Source of the DNA: an archaeon
GTDB lineage: Archaea; Iainarchaeota; Iainarchaeia; Iainarchaeales; Iainarchaeaceae
Direction: 5' to 3'
Length of the DNA: 12,599 bases
NCBI GenBank assembly: GCA_038046625.1
Contig: JBBSVV010000010.1
Location: 1-12,599 of the forward strand
This document shows, one piece after another, positions 1 to 7,477 of this stretch. A program made the position numbers and the translations under genes. The notes below the pieces were generated by a model that was not told where the DNA came from, did no database searches, and worked only from the letters and a program-made list of their open reading frames with translations. Position 1 is the first letter of the stretch. The number at the start of each line of letters is the position of its first letter.

Positions 1-1
1 A

Positions 2-2254
2 AAAGGAGCAAATATTTACATATGCAAGGACGGGAACAGCAGTTCGTGCACAACGTGGTGCACAGACTCGAATACCACTACAACCGCATTAGGGTGCACA
101 TACACAACCACCGTTTTAGATGTCGGCACGAAAGATTATAACGCGCTCATTTGCGACACAAACTCCGAGTGCTCTTCAGTAATTGCGCAGACTTTCACTG
201 TTGATTCTACGCCGCCCTCAACCAGCGTGAAGGATGTGAATGGCGACACCACCGCGCCTTACTGGGCAACCACAAGCTCGGCGGTAAAGCTCGTGATAAA
301 TGCTGGTGAGGCAGGCGCCGAATGCAAGTGGAATGACACGAACAGCGCTTCATACGCGTCATTCGGGACGCTCTGCACCACATCCGGCAACAATGCAACC
401 TGTGACTTGGGAACGAGAGGCCAGACAACGGGAACAACAATAACCACTTACTACAACTGCAAGGATTCAATAGGAAATGCAACGGGCGGAAAGGATGTTA
501 ACTTTGGAGTTGACTCCACAAAGCCTACTGCGAGCATTAACGGCACGGTTTCGGAAAATGGCGCCACTGTCATTTACTCGGGCGCTGATGCGCACAGCGG
601 CCTCCTGAAATACGAGGTTCGCGTCGACTCCGGCTCCTATATAGACAAGGGAACATCGGCAAGCCACGCGTTCAATGATTTGGCAAACGGCGACCACACT
701 TTCGAGGTTCGCGTCACCGACAATGCAGGAAACACTGATACGAACTCGGTTGTAAAGAACGTGAATTTCACTTCAACATCTATTCCATCAAAGCCCGCAA
801 TAAGGTCGGACACGCATGAGGAGGATGGCTGGACCGGCAGCAACAATCCCGAATTCAAGTGGGACTCGGATTCAAATGCAACGTCATACAGGTACGCGCT
901 GAACACGACGAGCGATTTTGCAATAAATTCAGGCAATGGCGAGTCAACAAGCGGCACATCAAAGAGCCACAGCGGCATTTCCGAGGGCGGAAAATGGTTC
1001 CACCTGGCTTCATGCAACGCCAACGGCTGCAGCTCAACAGACCATTATGGCATAAAGATTGACGAGAGCGGCCCACAGGCCATCACAAACATTTCAGGCA
1101 TGGGCCAGAGCGACGGAAGCATTTACATTTCCTGGGTAGCGCCCGAAGACAACCCGGGCAGCGATAACTCGGGAATCAAAGAGTACGTGGTTTACAGGAA
1201 CCTCAGGCAGCTTGTCGGCAACCGCGATTTCAGGCCTTCGGATTCCGGCGTAAAGGAGTTTGGCAACATTACGCGCACAAATTTTACCGATGATAACGGC
1301 CTCACAACAGGCATTTCATACTACTACATGGTTCAGGCGATTGACAATGCGGGCAACGAGGGCTCATTGAGCTCAATAAAGAGGTTCGTTGCCGGCGGCG
1401 AACCAAACCCGCAGAGCGGCTCGTGCGCAATCCAGATAACAATTAGCGTTCCGGAGAATGCGAAAGGCGGAAGCACAGGCATCAAGGTAACCGCTACAGG
1501 CGGAAAAATCGTGAACGCGGGCCTTAAAGTGAAGATGCCGGGAAAGAGCTTTGAAACGGTTCTCATCGGGCAGGCAGGAACATCATTCGGGTATGATTAC
1601 CTGATTCCGGAGAATTTGAGCGGAAGCGCGACAGTTTCTGTTGACGGCGAAGACGAGTCAGGCAACTCGTGCCAGAAGAACGAGGAGTTCACGGTTGATT
1701 CGGAAAAGCCGGAGATTTCCTCGGAGTCGCTGCAGGACGGTTCCATAGCCTCTGGAATCGTGCAGATAAAAATTGGCGCAAGCGACAATGGAACGGGAAT
1801 CCAGAGCGCCGAGGCATTTGTTGACGGGAAGAGCATCGGGCAATTGAGGCAAAGCGGCGGCCTCTATGTGCTTGACTGGAATTCTGCGGGAACCCCAAAC
1901 GGAACTCATAGTGTTGAAATAAGCGTGCAGGACAAGGCAGGCAACAAATCAGTGTCCAATGCAACTATCACCGTTAGCAATGAGGCCGTGCAGGAAGAGC
2001 CGGGCGGAAAAGAAAATGGAAAAGGCCCGCTTGATTCGCTTGGCCAGAAGGACATGCTTTTGATTATACTAGGCGTGATTATCCTAATAATACTTATTCT
2101 GGGTTTCCTTGTTTTGATTGGCGGCGGGGCTTTCCTTCTCCACAGGCACAGGAAGAAAGGCGGCGGTTTCGGCGGGTCAGGCAGCTTTGGAGGCCCGCTC
2201 AAGGGATATGAAAATTACGACAAGCCCGGAAGGTTCGGCTACAAGGGAAAATGA
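2..2254 (+). CDS. Large cell-surface protein with Ig-like/fibronectin-III-like repeats and a C-terminal transmembrane anchor; 5'-truncated by the window edge
   Basis: The frame of the listed 227..2254 ORF stays open back to base 2 (KGANIYICKDGNSSSCTTWC...), so the true start is outside the window. Repeated Ig-fold signatures (VDSTPP, VDSTKP, IDESGP, VDSEKP; DNAGN, DKAGN), Thr/Ser/Asn-rich, paired Cys. C-terminal hydrophobic helix LLIILGVIILIILILGFLVLIGGGAFLL is followed by basic HRHRKK. Confidence 0.85.
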   Translation, partial: KGANIYICKDGNSSSCTTWCTDSNTTTTALGCTYTTTVLDVGTKDYNALICDTNSECSSVIAQTFTVDSTPPSTSVKDVNGDTTAPYWATTSSAVKLVINAGEAGAECKWNDTNSASYASFGTLCTTSGNNATCDLGTRGQTTGTTITTYYNCKDSIGNATGGKDVNFGVDSTKPTASINGTVSENGATVIYSGADAHSGLLKYEVRVDSGSYIDKGTSASHAFNDLANGDHTFEVRVTDNAGNTDTNSVVKNVNFTSTSIPSKPAIRSDTHEEDGWTGSNNPEFKWDSDSNATSYRYALNTTSDFAINSGNGESTSGTSKSHSGISEGGKWFHLASCNANGCSSTDHYGIKIDESGPQAITNISGMGQSDGSIYISWVAPEDNPGSDNSGIKEYVVYRNLRQLVGNRDFRPSDSGVKEFGNITRTNFTDDNGLTTGISYYYMVQAIDNAGNEGSLSSIKRFVAGGEPNPQSGSCAIQITISVPENAKGGSTGIKVTATGGKIVNAGLKVKMPGKSFETVLIGQAGTSFGYDYLIPENLSGSATVSVDGEDESGNSCQKNEEFTVDSEKPEISSESLQDGSIASGIVQIKIGASDNGTGIQSAEAFVDGKSIGQLRQSGGLYVLDWNSAGTPNGTHSVEISVQDKAGNKSVSNATITVSNEAVQEEPGGKENGKGPLDSLGQKDMLLIILGVIILIILILGFLVLIGGGAFLLHRHRKKGGGFGGSGSFGGPLKGYENYDKPGRFGYKGK

Positions 2255-2259
2255 ACGGA

Positions 2260-2266
2260 TTTTTTT
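2260..2266 (+). terminator. Oligo-T archaeal-type terminator candidate
   Basis: T7 run 5 nt after the stop codon of the surface-protein gene. Confidence 0.35.
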
Positions 2267-2328
2267 CCTGTTTCAGTTTCCAAAAGGCATATTAAGCATT
2301 TGAGGCTCAATTTTTTAGAAGGTATTTT

Positions 2329-3477
2329 TTGGCTAACATGGTTACTGTTGCGGGTGCAGGCCCCACAGGAACGGCTGCGGCAAAAAGGCTGCAGGAAAAA
2401 GGGTGGGACACGATTATCCTTGAGGAGCATTCCCAGGTAGGAATTCCCGTGAACTGCACCGGCCTCATAAGCGCTTCAGGAGTTGAGGAGCTCAACCTTA
2501 GGAAGGAAGTGGAAGAAACCCTCATGAACAAGATCCGCGGCGCACAGATTTTTTCCCCGAACCATGAAATGGTTGAGGTTAAGAGGAGCGAGACCGTTGC
2601 GTATGTGATTAACCGCGGGAATTTCGACAGGGTTCTTGCCCGCGAAGCAACTGAAGCCGGGGCACAATTAAGGCTGAACACGAAGCTCATTGACGTGAGG
2701 AACGAAACCGTGTTCGTGGAGCACAAAGGCAGGGGCGAAATAGTGAAAACAAAGCTTGTTGTCGGCGCTGACGGCGTCAACTCAAAAACGAGGAACATCA
2801 TGGGAATCAAAACCGCGTTCAAGGACTTTGTTCACGCGTACCAGGTTGTTGCCACGGGAAAATTTGACCCGAAGTATGTGCAGGTTTTTTTCGGGGATTA
2901 CTCCAAAAACTTTTTCGCATGGATTGTTCCGGAGAGCGAGGAGCGCGCCCGTGTGGGGCTGGCCAGCACCTCTGGAAACGTGAGGAAGGACTTCAGCGTG
3001 TTCGTGAGCGAAAAAAACATTTCAGGCGAGCTCTGCGACAAGTGCAGTTCCTTGATTCCCATAGGAGAACCTTTGAAGGGAATTGTGAAGGACAACATGG
3101 CGCTTGTGGGTGATGCGGCTTTTCAAACAAAGGCAACGAGCGGGGGCGGAATACTTTTGGGCATCGAGGCGGCGCGCATCCTTGCGGACTCGATTGACAA
3201 TCATTTGCGCAACAATGCGCCGTTGAAGAATTACGAAAAGAATTGCTCAACGCTGAACAACGAGCTTAGGCTGCACTGGAAAATAAGGCAGTACATGAAC
3301 CAGAAGAACGAGGACCAGATGGACGCGCTTTTCAGGAAAATGAACAAGGCAAAGGTCGGGGAATTCCTGAGCCAGTTCGGCGACATGGACAAGCCCTCGC
3401 GCTTCGTGGGAAAAATAATGACGAAACCTTCAATGTGGCGCCTTTTCCCCGAGGCAGTGAAGTTCTTCAGGACATGA
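2329..3477 (+). CDS. Geranylgeranyl reductase family FAD-dependent oxidoreductase (DGGGPL reductase-like)
   Basis: Rossmann motif VAGAGPTG, GIPVNCTG motif, RGNFDRVLA, VGADG, FAWIVP, and VGDAA...SGGGI. Length 382 aa. Start is TTG 2329 or ATG 2338; TATTAAG near 2291. Confidence 0.88.
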   Translation: MANMVTVAGAGPTGTAAAKRLQEKGWDTIILEEHSQVGIPVNCTGLISASGVEELNLRKEVEETLMNKIRGAQIFSPNHEMVEVKRSETVAYVINRGNFDRVLAREATEAGAQLRLNTKLIDVRNETVFVEHKGRGEIVKTKLVVGADGVNSKTRNIMGIKTAFKDFVHAYQVVATGKFDPKYVQVFFGDYSKNFFAWIVPESEERARVGLASTSGNVRKDFSVFVSEKNISGELCDKCSSLIPIGEPLKGIVKDNMALVGDAAFQTKATSGGGILLGIEAARILADSIDNHLRNNAPLKNYEKNCSTLNNELRLHWKIRQYMNQKNEDQMDALFRKMNKAKVGEFLSQFGDMDKPSRFVGKIMTKPSMWRLFPEAVKFFRT

Positions 3478-3489
3478 AAATTTGCAGTT

Positions 3490-4569
3490 ATGAACAGGAC
3501 CATAATGCACATTGACCTTGATTACTTTTATGCGCAGCTCGAGGAGCTCCGCAAGCCTGAACTGAAGGGAAAGCCCGTTGTCGTGTGCATGTTCTCCGGA
3601 AGAACCCAGGATTCCGGCGCAGTTGCGACCGCGAATTACAAGGCCCGCGAATTCGGGGTTCATGCCGGAATGCCGATTGCATTTGCGAAGAGGAAAGCGC
3701 CGAACGCGGTTTTTTTGCCTGCCGACAGGGAGCATTACTCCGAGGTTTCCTCGCGCATAATGGATTTGCTCCGCGAATTCTCGGAAAAGTTCGAGCAGGT
3801 CGGCATTGACGAGGCGTATGTGGATGTTACCCGGCAAAGCGGCGGGAGCTTTCCGGAAGCCAGAAAAATTGCTGAAGGGGCGAAGAAAAAAATTCTCGAG
3901 GAGGAGAAGGTGACCTGCTCCGTCGGAATAGGGCCGAACAAATTGATTGCGAAAATGGCTTCTTCCGTGAAAAAACCGGATGGCCTGACGGTGATTGCGC
4001 CTGCACAAGTAACCGATTTTCTGCGCTCAAAAAGGATTTCTGACCTTCACGGGGTAGGAGAAAAAACAGCCGAACTGCTTAAGGAAAAGGGGATAAGCAA
4101 CATTCCGCAGCTGGCTCAGGCAAACGTTGCGGAACTGCAGGGGCTGTTCGGCGAGAACCGCGGCAGAATAATCCGTGAAAAGGCGCTTGGAATGGACAAT
4201 AGCGAGGTGGAGGAGCGTGAGAAGCAGCAGTATTCGCGCATCGCAACCCTCAAGGAAAATACCTCCGATTGTGAAAAAGTTTTTTCGGAATCAAAGGCGC
4301 TTGCCAGGGACCTCGCGGAAAAGGCCCTCAAGAACAGGGTTTCGTTCAAAACCGTTTCAATAATCCTGATTTCGGACAAATTGGAAACCGTGACGAGAAG
4401 CAAAACTCTCGAGGCCGCGACGCAGGAAGAGCACAAAATAATTGATATTGCGCGCGAATTGTTCACGGAATTTTTTGCGGCGCAAAAAGGGTTTGTTGCG
4501 CGCAGGTTCGGGCTTCGCATAAGCAATTTTGAGGAACCCAGAAAACAGAAGAGCCTTTTCGATTTTTGA
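3490..4569 (+). CDS. dinB: Y-family DNA polymerase IV (DinB/Dpo4)
   Basis: Motifs HIDLDYFYAQ, VATANYKAREFGVHAGMP, GIDEAYVD, SVGIGPNKLIAKMAS..KKPDG and HhH LHGVGEKT. C-terminal PCNA PIP-box QKSLFDF. Confidence 0.95.
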   Translation: MNRTIMHIDLDYFYAQLEELRKPELKGKPVVVCMFSGRTQDSGAVATANYKAREFGVHAGMPIAFAKRKAPNAVFLPADREHYSEVSSRIMDLLREFSEKFEQVGIDEAYVDVTRQSGGSFPEARKIAEGAKKKILEEEKVTCSVGIGPNKLIAKMASSVKKPDGLTVIAPAQVTDFLRSKRISDLHGVGEKTAELLKEKGISNIPQLAQANVAELQGLFGENRGRIIREKALGMDNSEVEEREKQQYSRIATLKENTSDCEKVFSESKALARDLAEKALKNRVSFKTVSIILISDKLETVTRSKTLEAATQEEHKIIDIARELFTEFFAAQKGFVARRFGLRISNFEEPRKQKSLFDF

Positions 4570-4614
4570 AAAAAAAGTTTTCGGCGGAGAAAAAAAATAT
4601 TTCCGCGCAAAAAT

Positions 4615-4950
4615 TCATGAATTCTTTTCCGCCATGTCGCCGATAATGGGCAACTTGTATTTTTCCTTGCTGTAGGCTTTGTACATCATTAATATCCAGA
4701 GCACAAGGGCTCCAAGGCCTACGAAAGGCAGGAGAATCCACCCTATTATGGTTATAGTGAGGATTATGTTCAGCACTATCACACCGATGAAAAGTATTGT
4801 GGACTGCATTGCGTGAAACCTGATGAACTTGTTGTCCTTCTCCATGAGAAGAAGTGCTATTCCCGTTATTGGGCCCAGCAGGTATGCCACCGCGCCCGCA
4901 ACGTTCTCCTCTAAGCCGATGGACGTTTTTGCTGTTGTTGCGTTAGCCAT
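4615..4950 (-). CDS. DUF4870-family small membrane protein
   Basis: Pattern GLEENVAGAVAYLLG...EKDNKFIRFHAMQS...MYKAY...YKLPIIG with three hydrophobic segments. SD AGGAGGT at 4958-4964 on the minus strand. Confidence 0.85.
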   Translation of the reverse strand: MANATTAKTSIGLEENVAGAVAYLLGPITGIALLLMEKDNKFIRFHAMQSTILFIGVIVLNIILTITIIGWILLPFVGLGALVLWILMMYKAYSKEKYKLPIIGDMAEKNS

Positions 4951-5055
4951 AAGTTTAACCTCCTTTCAAGTAGTTGTTGTATAAATCAGCGGTTTTGTGT
5001 TTTTATTTGTATGCGTTGGAGGTTTTGATACCAAAAACAATTTTTGAAGCCGCTT

Positions 5056-5073
5056 AATAGCCCGGCCCGGATT
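5056..5073 (-). repeat. Degenerate direct repeat of the tRNA-Gln 3' end (att-like site)
   Basis: aatagcccggcccggatt (5056-5073) versus aatagccccgcccggatt (6366-6383), 17/18 identical. It spans the T-loop end, T-stem 3' strand, acceptor 3' strand and discriminator. Confidence 0.75.
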
Positions 5074-5089
5074 TGTGGCAGGCACTAAT

Positions 5090-5311
5090 TCAAAGCAGTT
5101 TCAGGAATTCTTCCCTTGAAAGCCCGGTTTGTTTCAGGATGGAAAGCAAGGTACCTGGGACAATAACAATGTGGTTCGGGACAACCGCCCTCCTGAATGG
5201 CTCCTTACTTTCCCTTAGAATGAAATGCCCGCCGGTCTGATGGTCAACCTCGAACCCAGCTTTTTTCAAGGCCTTTATCACTTTGATGCCCGACAGAACC
5301 GGCAGTTTCAT
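5090..5311 (-). CDS. hicA: HicA-family toxin (mRNA interferase)
   Basis: MKLPVLSGIKVIKALKKAGFEVDHQTGGHFIL...VVPNH...GTLLSILKQTGLSREEFLKLL is the typical HicA pattern with the conserved His (GGH instead of GSH). Likely start is ATG 5311 (73 aa); the listed ORF starts at 5329. Confidence 0.9.
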   Translation of the reverse strand: MKLPVLSGIKVIKALKKAGFEVDHQTGGHFILRESKEPFRRAVVPNHIVIVPGTLLSILKQTGLSREEFLKLL

Positions 5312-5361
5312 CAAAACCACTAAATCCAAAAAAACTGAAAATAAAAGAAACCGGAATAATG

Positions 5362-5589
5362 TCAGGCTACCGAAACGGCATCGATTTCCACTTTTCTTTT
5401 GAACACTTTTTCTTCAGGATGTTTTTTTATGCTCTCCAAATAACCCTTGATTGCGTCTTTAATGTTCTTGAGAGCCTGAGCCCTTGTCTTGCCCTGGGAA
5501 ACGCATCCGGGCAGAGCCGGGATCTCGGCAACATACCAGCCTGTTTCTGCATCCTTGGCCAAAACAACTTTGTACTCCATATAAACCAT
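5362..5589 (-). CDS. hicB: HicB-family antitoxin (short form, no obvious DNA-binding domain)
   Basis: YKVVL..D.ETGWYVAEIPALPGCVSQGKTRAQALKNIKDAIKGYLE is the HicB core. It lies directly upstream of hicA on the same strand. Start is 5589 or 5580. Confidence 0.9.
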   Translation of the reverse strand: MVYMEYKVVLAKDAETGWYVAEIPALPGCVSQGKTRAQALKNIKDAIKGYLESIKKHPEEKVFKRKVEIDAVSVA

Positions 5590-5609
5590 AGAGATTAGCG
5601 CATCCGAAC

Positions 5610-5617
5610 TTTTTATA
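5610..5617 (-). promoter_or_regulatory. TATA-box candidate for hicBA
   Basis: Minus strand TATAAAAA about 20 nt upstream of ATG 5589. Confidence 0.45.
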
Positions 5618-5633
5618 GATTTGTTTTGGGAAT

Positions 5634-5644
5634 AAAAAAAGAAA
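5634..5644 (-). terminator. Oligo-T terminator candidate, probably the earlier tRNA-Gln terminator displaced by the cassette
   Basis: Minus strand TTTCTTTTTTT immediately follows the duplicated ATTCAGGCAGCC. Confidence 0.45.
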
Positions 5645-5705
5645 GGCTGCCTGAATAGCGGGTTATAGACAGCGTCATTTTTGGTTACTGTCCGTTGTAG
5701 AAGTT

Positions 5706-6248
5706 CTACTCTCGGTAACCTTTTACCGATACAATTTTTGCACCTTCCAATAAATAGTCATCCAAATATTGCCCTCCAAATGTCTCGTTTGTTTTGTACT
5801 GTGGTATTTTTGTTGTATTGCTAAGGTCAAATATGAATGAAAAATTTATACGCATTTTCTCTCCAATTGTTCCGTCTGAGGAAATGTTTTGCTTATAAGC
5901 ACTTAGTTCGGGAACCACTGGGTTGGAGCCACAATATAAGTAATTGATATTTTCACCTGTAGATTGACCCATATGGCATAGATAACTTCTAATATCATTT
6001 CCTTCAGTTGTGAATATCCACCCATTCTTGTTTTTGTGTGAAGGGAACACAAGGAATCTTCCTCCAGTTTGTCCTTCATGTATTTCATAGTTTTCTAAAC
6101 CATAGTATTGCAATGTTTCTTCATTAGAAGATGCTTGCTCAGGGGCAATTCCGGAATTAAGTTGTTGAGTACCATCTGGTTGATTTGGCTGGGTACTAAT
6201 GCATCCAAAAAATAAAAATAAAACTACTAAGTAAAATGCCGACTTCAT
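5706..6248 (-). CDS. Putative lipoprotein of unknown function (cassette passenger, 180 aa)
   Basis: The listed ORF 5706..6410 wrongly extends into the tRNA. Best start is ATG 6248, giving the signal peptide and lipobox MKSAFYLVVLFLFFGC followed by a Gln/Pro linker. A BRE/TATA-like CAAAAGCTTAAAG lies about 23 nt upstream. Confidence 0.75.
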   Translation of the reverse strand: MKSAFYLVVLFLFFGCISTQPNQPDGTQQLNSGIAPEQASSNEETLQYYGLENYEIHEGQTGGRFLVFPSHKNKNGWIFTTEGNDIRSYLCHMGQSTGENINYLYCGSNPVVPELSAYKQNISSDGTIGEKMRINFSFIFDLSNTTKIPQYKTNETFGGQYLDDYLLEGAKIVSVKGYRE

Positions 6249-6271
6249 TGTTGCATTATGCAAATATGCTA

Positions 6272-6284
6272 CTTTAAGCTTTTG
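6272..6284 (-). promoter_or_regulatory. BRE/TATA candidate for the cassette lipoprotein (leaderless)
   Basis: Minus strand CAAAAGCTTAAAG, 23 nt before ATG 6248. Confidence 0.45.
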
Positions 6285-6367
6285 CATTATTATACTCATC
6301 CAACGATTTAAGAAATTACGTAAAAGAATGCTCCAAATCCAACAATGTCTATAACCCGCTGCCTGAA

Positions 6368-6486
6368 TAGCCCCGCCCGGATTCGAACCGGGGTCTCGAC
6401 CTTGCTCCATTCTTCTTAATTTTTAAATCAAAAATCAACTTTAGAATCCCAGAGGGTCGAATCCTTGGCCACTAGACGACGGGGCT
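6368..6486 (-). tRNA. tRNA-Gln(CUG) with a 46-nt intron at position 37/38
   Basis: Minus strand AGCCCCG TC GTCTAGTGGCCAAGGAT T CGACC CT CTG G [intron] A GGTCG AGAC CCCGG TTCGAAT CCGGG CGGGGCT A. All stems pair, the A1-U72 pair is typical of archaeal tRNA-Gln, and CCA is not encoded. Exon 1 is 6449-6486; exon 2 is 6368-6402. Confidence 0.96.
6403..6448 (-). other. tRNA intron with a canonical bulge-helix-bulge motif
   Basis: Intron G-ATTCT-AAAGTTGATTTTTGATTTAAAAATTAAGA-AGAAT-GGAG-CA. Exon CUCU pairs with intron GGAG (4-bp central helix), 3-nt bulges are GG|G and CA|A, the outer helix is ATTCT/AGAAT, and there is an inner hairpin TTGATTTTT/AAAAATTAA. Confidence 0.92.
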
Positions 6487-7421
6487 ACTAAAACGTTCTT
6501 ATTAGCATCAGTTAACTTGGCTAATTTGACTGGATGCCTGAAATTAATCAATCTGGCAAACTTTAAAACACTATCCTTAGAGCGCAGTTCCACGGTATAT
6601 AAGGGAAGGAATTTCTCCGCTTTAAGCCATTGCCCGAACTTCGTTTCAATCCCAATAGAATTTAGCAACAATCTCACTTGGTCAATTATAACCTTGCTGG
6701 TACTAGCATACTTGACATAGCCTCTTTTAGTTATTGTTCCATCAGTGTCAAACAAGCCCTGCAAAAAAGCTTTTTTGACTTCAATAGCCGTTGAATCTAA
6801 TAGATTTTGAGGAACAAATATCCTGCTGCTCTTGAACCCATTGCAAACTCCAAAATAGCTTCTCAAAAACCAATGAAATACTTTGGAACAACACAATGAA
6901 ACATAACAATGCTCACTGGAAAGACGATGTATTTGGACTAAATCCAATTCCTTTCTAATTATACTGTCATAGAGTGCTCGATGCTCTAAATTATCAAAAA
7001 ACACTGCAACTCTCCAGTTACCTTTTTCATTTGAAATATTTCCTGCAAGAGAGCCATCACCAAGAATCACACCCACACAATAAGCCAAGTCAGGCGAAAT
7101 CTCTTTTGGAAACCTTAATTTATGCGGAGAATACTTGCAGCTTAGAAAAATTTCCTTTGAATCTATTCTTTGAACCATTTCCTTACGAAAATTCTCATTA
7201 CAAAGATTGAGAGTTTTATTTAAGTTCGCAAGAGAAATTGGCCTTCTGCCAAGTGTCCATTCCTTGGAAGCGTGATAACTTACCCCAATCAAACGTGACA
7301 CTTTTGGCGCTCCGCCTAACCTCAAAGCAATATCTTTTACTTCGGGAGCAATTCCATGCAACATTACATCGTTTTTTAGCCAATCAGACGGAGCATCAAA
7401 AATCGATAGTGAATTCTGCAT
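6441..7421 (-). CDS. Free-standing double-motif LAGLIDADG (DOD-type) homing endonuclease-like protein with an N-terminal HTH-like segment
   Basis: Two LAGLIDADG motifs, LAYCVGVILGDGSL and FLQGLFDTDGTI, and the DOD-type tail F..LINFRHPVK. HTH-like segment GGAPKVSRLIGVSYHASKEWTLGRRPIS. No intein splicing motifs. Start is ATG 7421 (TATA 22 nt upstream, 326 aa) or TTG 7481 (SD AGGTGG, 346 aa). Confidence 0.88.
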   Translation of the reverse strand: MQNSLSIFDAPSDWLKNDVMLHGIAPEVKDIALRLGGAPKVSRLIGVSYHASKEWTLGRRPISLANLNKTLNLCNENFRKEMVQRIDSKEIFLSCKYSPHKLRFPKEISPDLAYCVGVILGDGSLAGNISNEKGNWRVAVFFDNLEHRALYDSIIRKELDLVQIHRLSSEHCYVSLCCSKVFHWFLRSYFGVCNGFKSSRIFVPQNLLDSTAIEVKKAFLQGLFDTDGTITKRGYVKYASTSKVIIDQVRLLLNSIGIETKFGQWLKAEKFLPLYTVELRSKDSVLKFARLINFRHPVKLAKLTDANKNVLVAPSSSGQGFDPLGF

Positions 7422-7442
7422 GCAAGAATCACGCTTTGCGCG

Positions 7443-7457
7443 CTTTAAATAACTTTG
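7443..7457 (-). promoter_or_regulatory. BRE/TATA candidate for the LAGLIDADG gene (possibly also driving the tRNA)
   Basis: Minus strand CAAAGTTATTTAAAG; TTTAAA ends 22 nt before ATG 7421. Confidence 0.5.
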
Positions 7458-7477
7458 AGGGTTCATTGCCGGTGCGC

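Larger units (their letters stand above)
5657..6360. mobile_element. 704-bp non-autonomous insertion cassette with 15-bp terminal inverted repeats, 8-bp flanking direct repeat and one passenger gene
   Basis: agcgggttatagaca (5657-5671) is the exact reverse complement of tgtctataacccgct (6346-6360). gcctgaat flanks both ends (5649-5656 and 6361-6368). The interior is AT-rich (21/60 GC at 5761-5820 versus 36/60 at 3601-3660). No transposase inside. Confidence 0.85.

Noticed and set aside
614..715. 12-bp direct repeat gaggttcgcgtc at 614 and 704
   Set aside because: It encodes EVRV twice within Ig-like strands. This is a coding-level repeat, not CRISPR or a mobile-element end.
3802..3825. DinB motif reads GIDEAY rather than SIDEAY
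   Set aside because: The catalytic Asp-Glu and all other motifs are intact, so a single substitution is not evidence of changed function.
5657..6360. Integron gene cassette (GTTATAG / CTATAAC resemble attC R'/R'' boxes)
   Set aside because: No complete attC lies downstream of the gene, the junctions place the crossover in the 8-14-bp core rather than at G|TT, and there is no intI in the window.
6249..6410. N-terminal extension of the listed 234-aa ORF (MEQGRDPGSNPGGAIQ...)
   Set aside because: It is a read-through of the tRNA intron, 3' exon and cassette end. ATG 6248 gives a proper lipoprotein signal peptide and promoter spacing.
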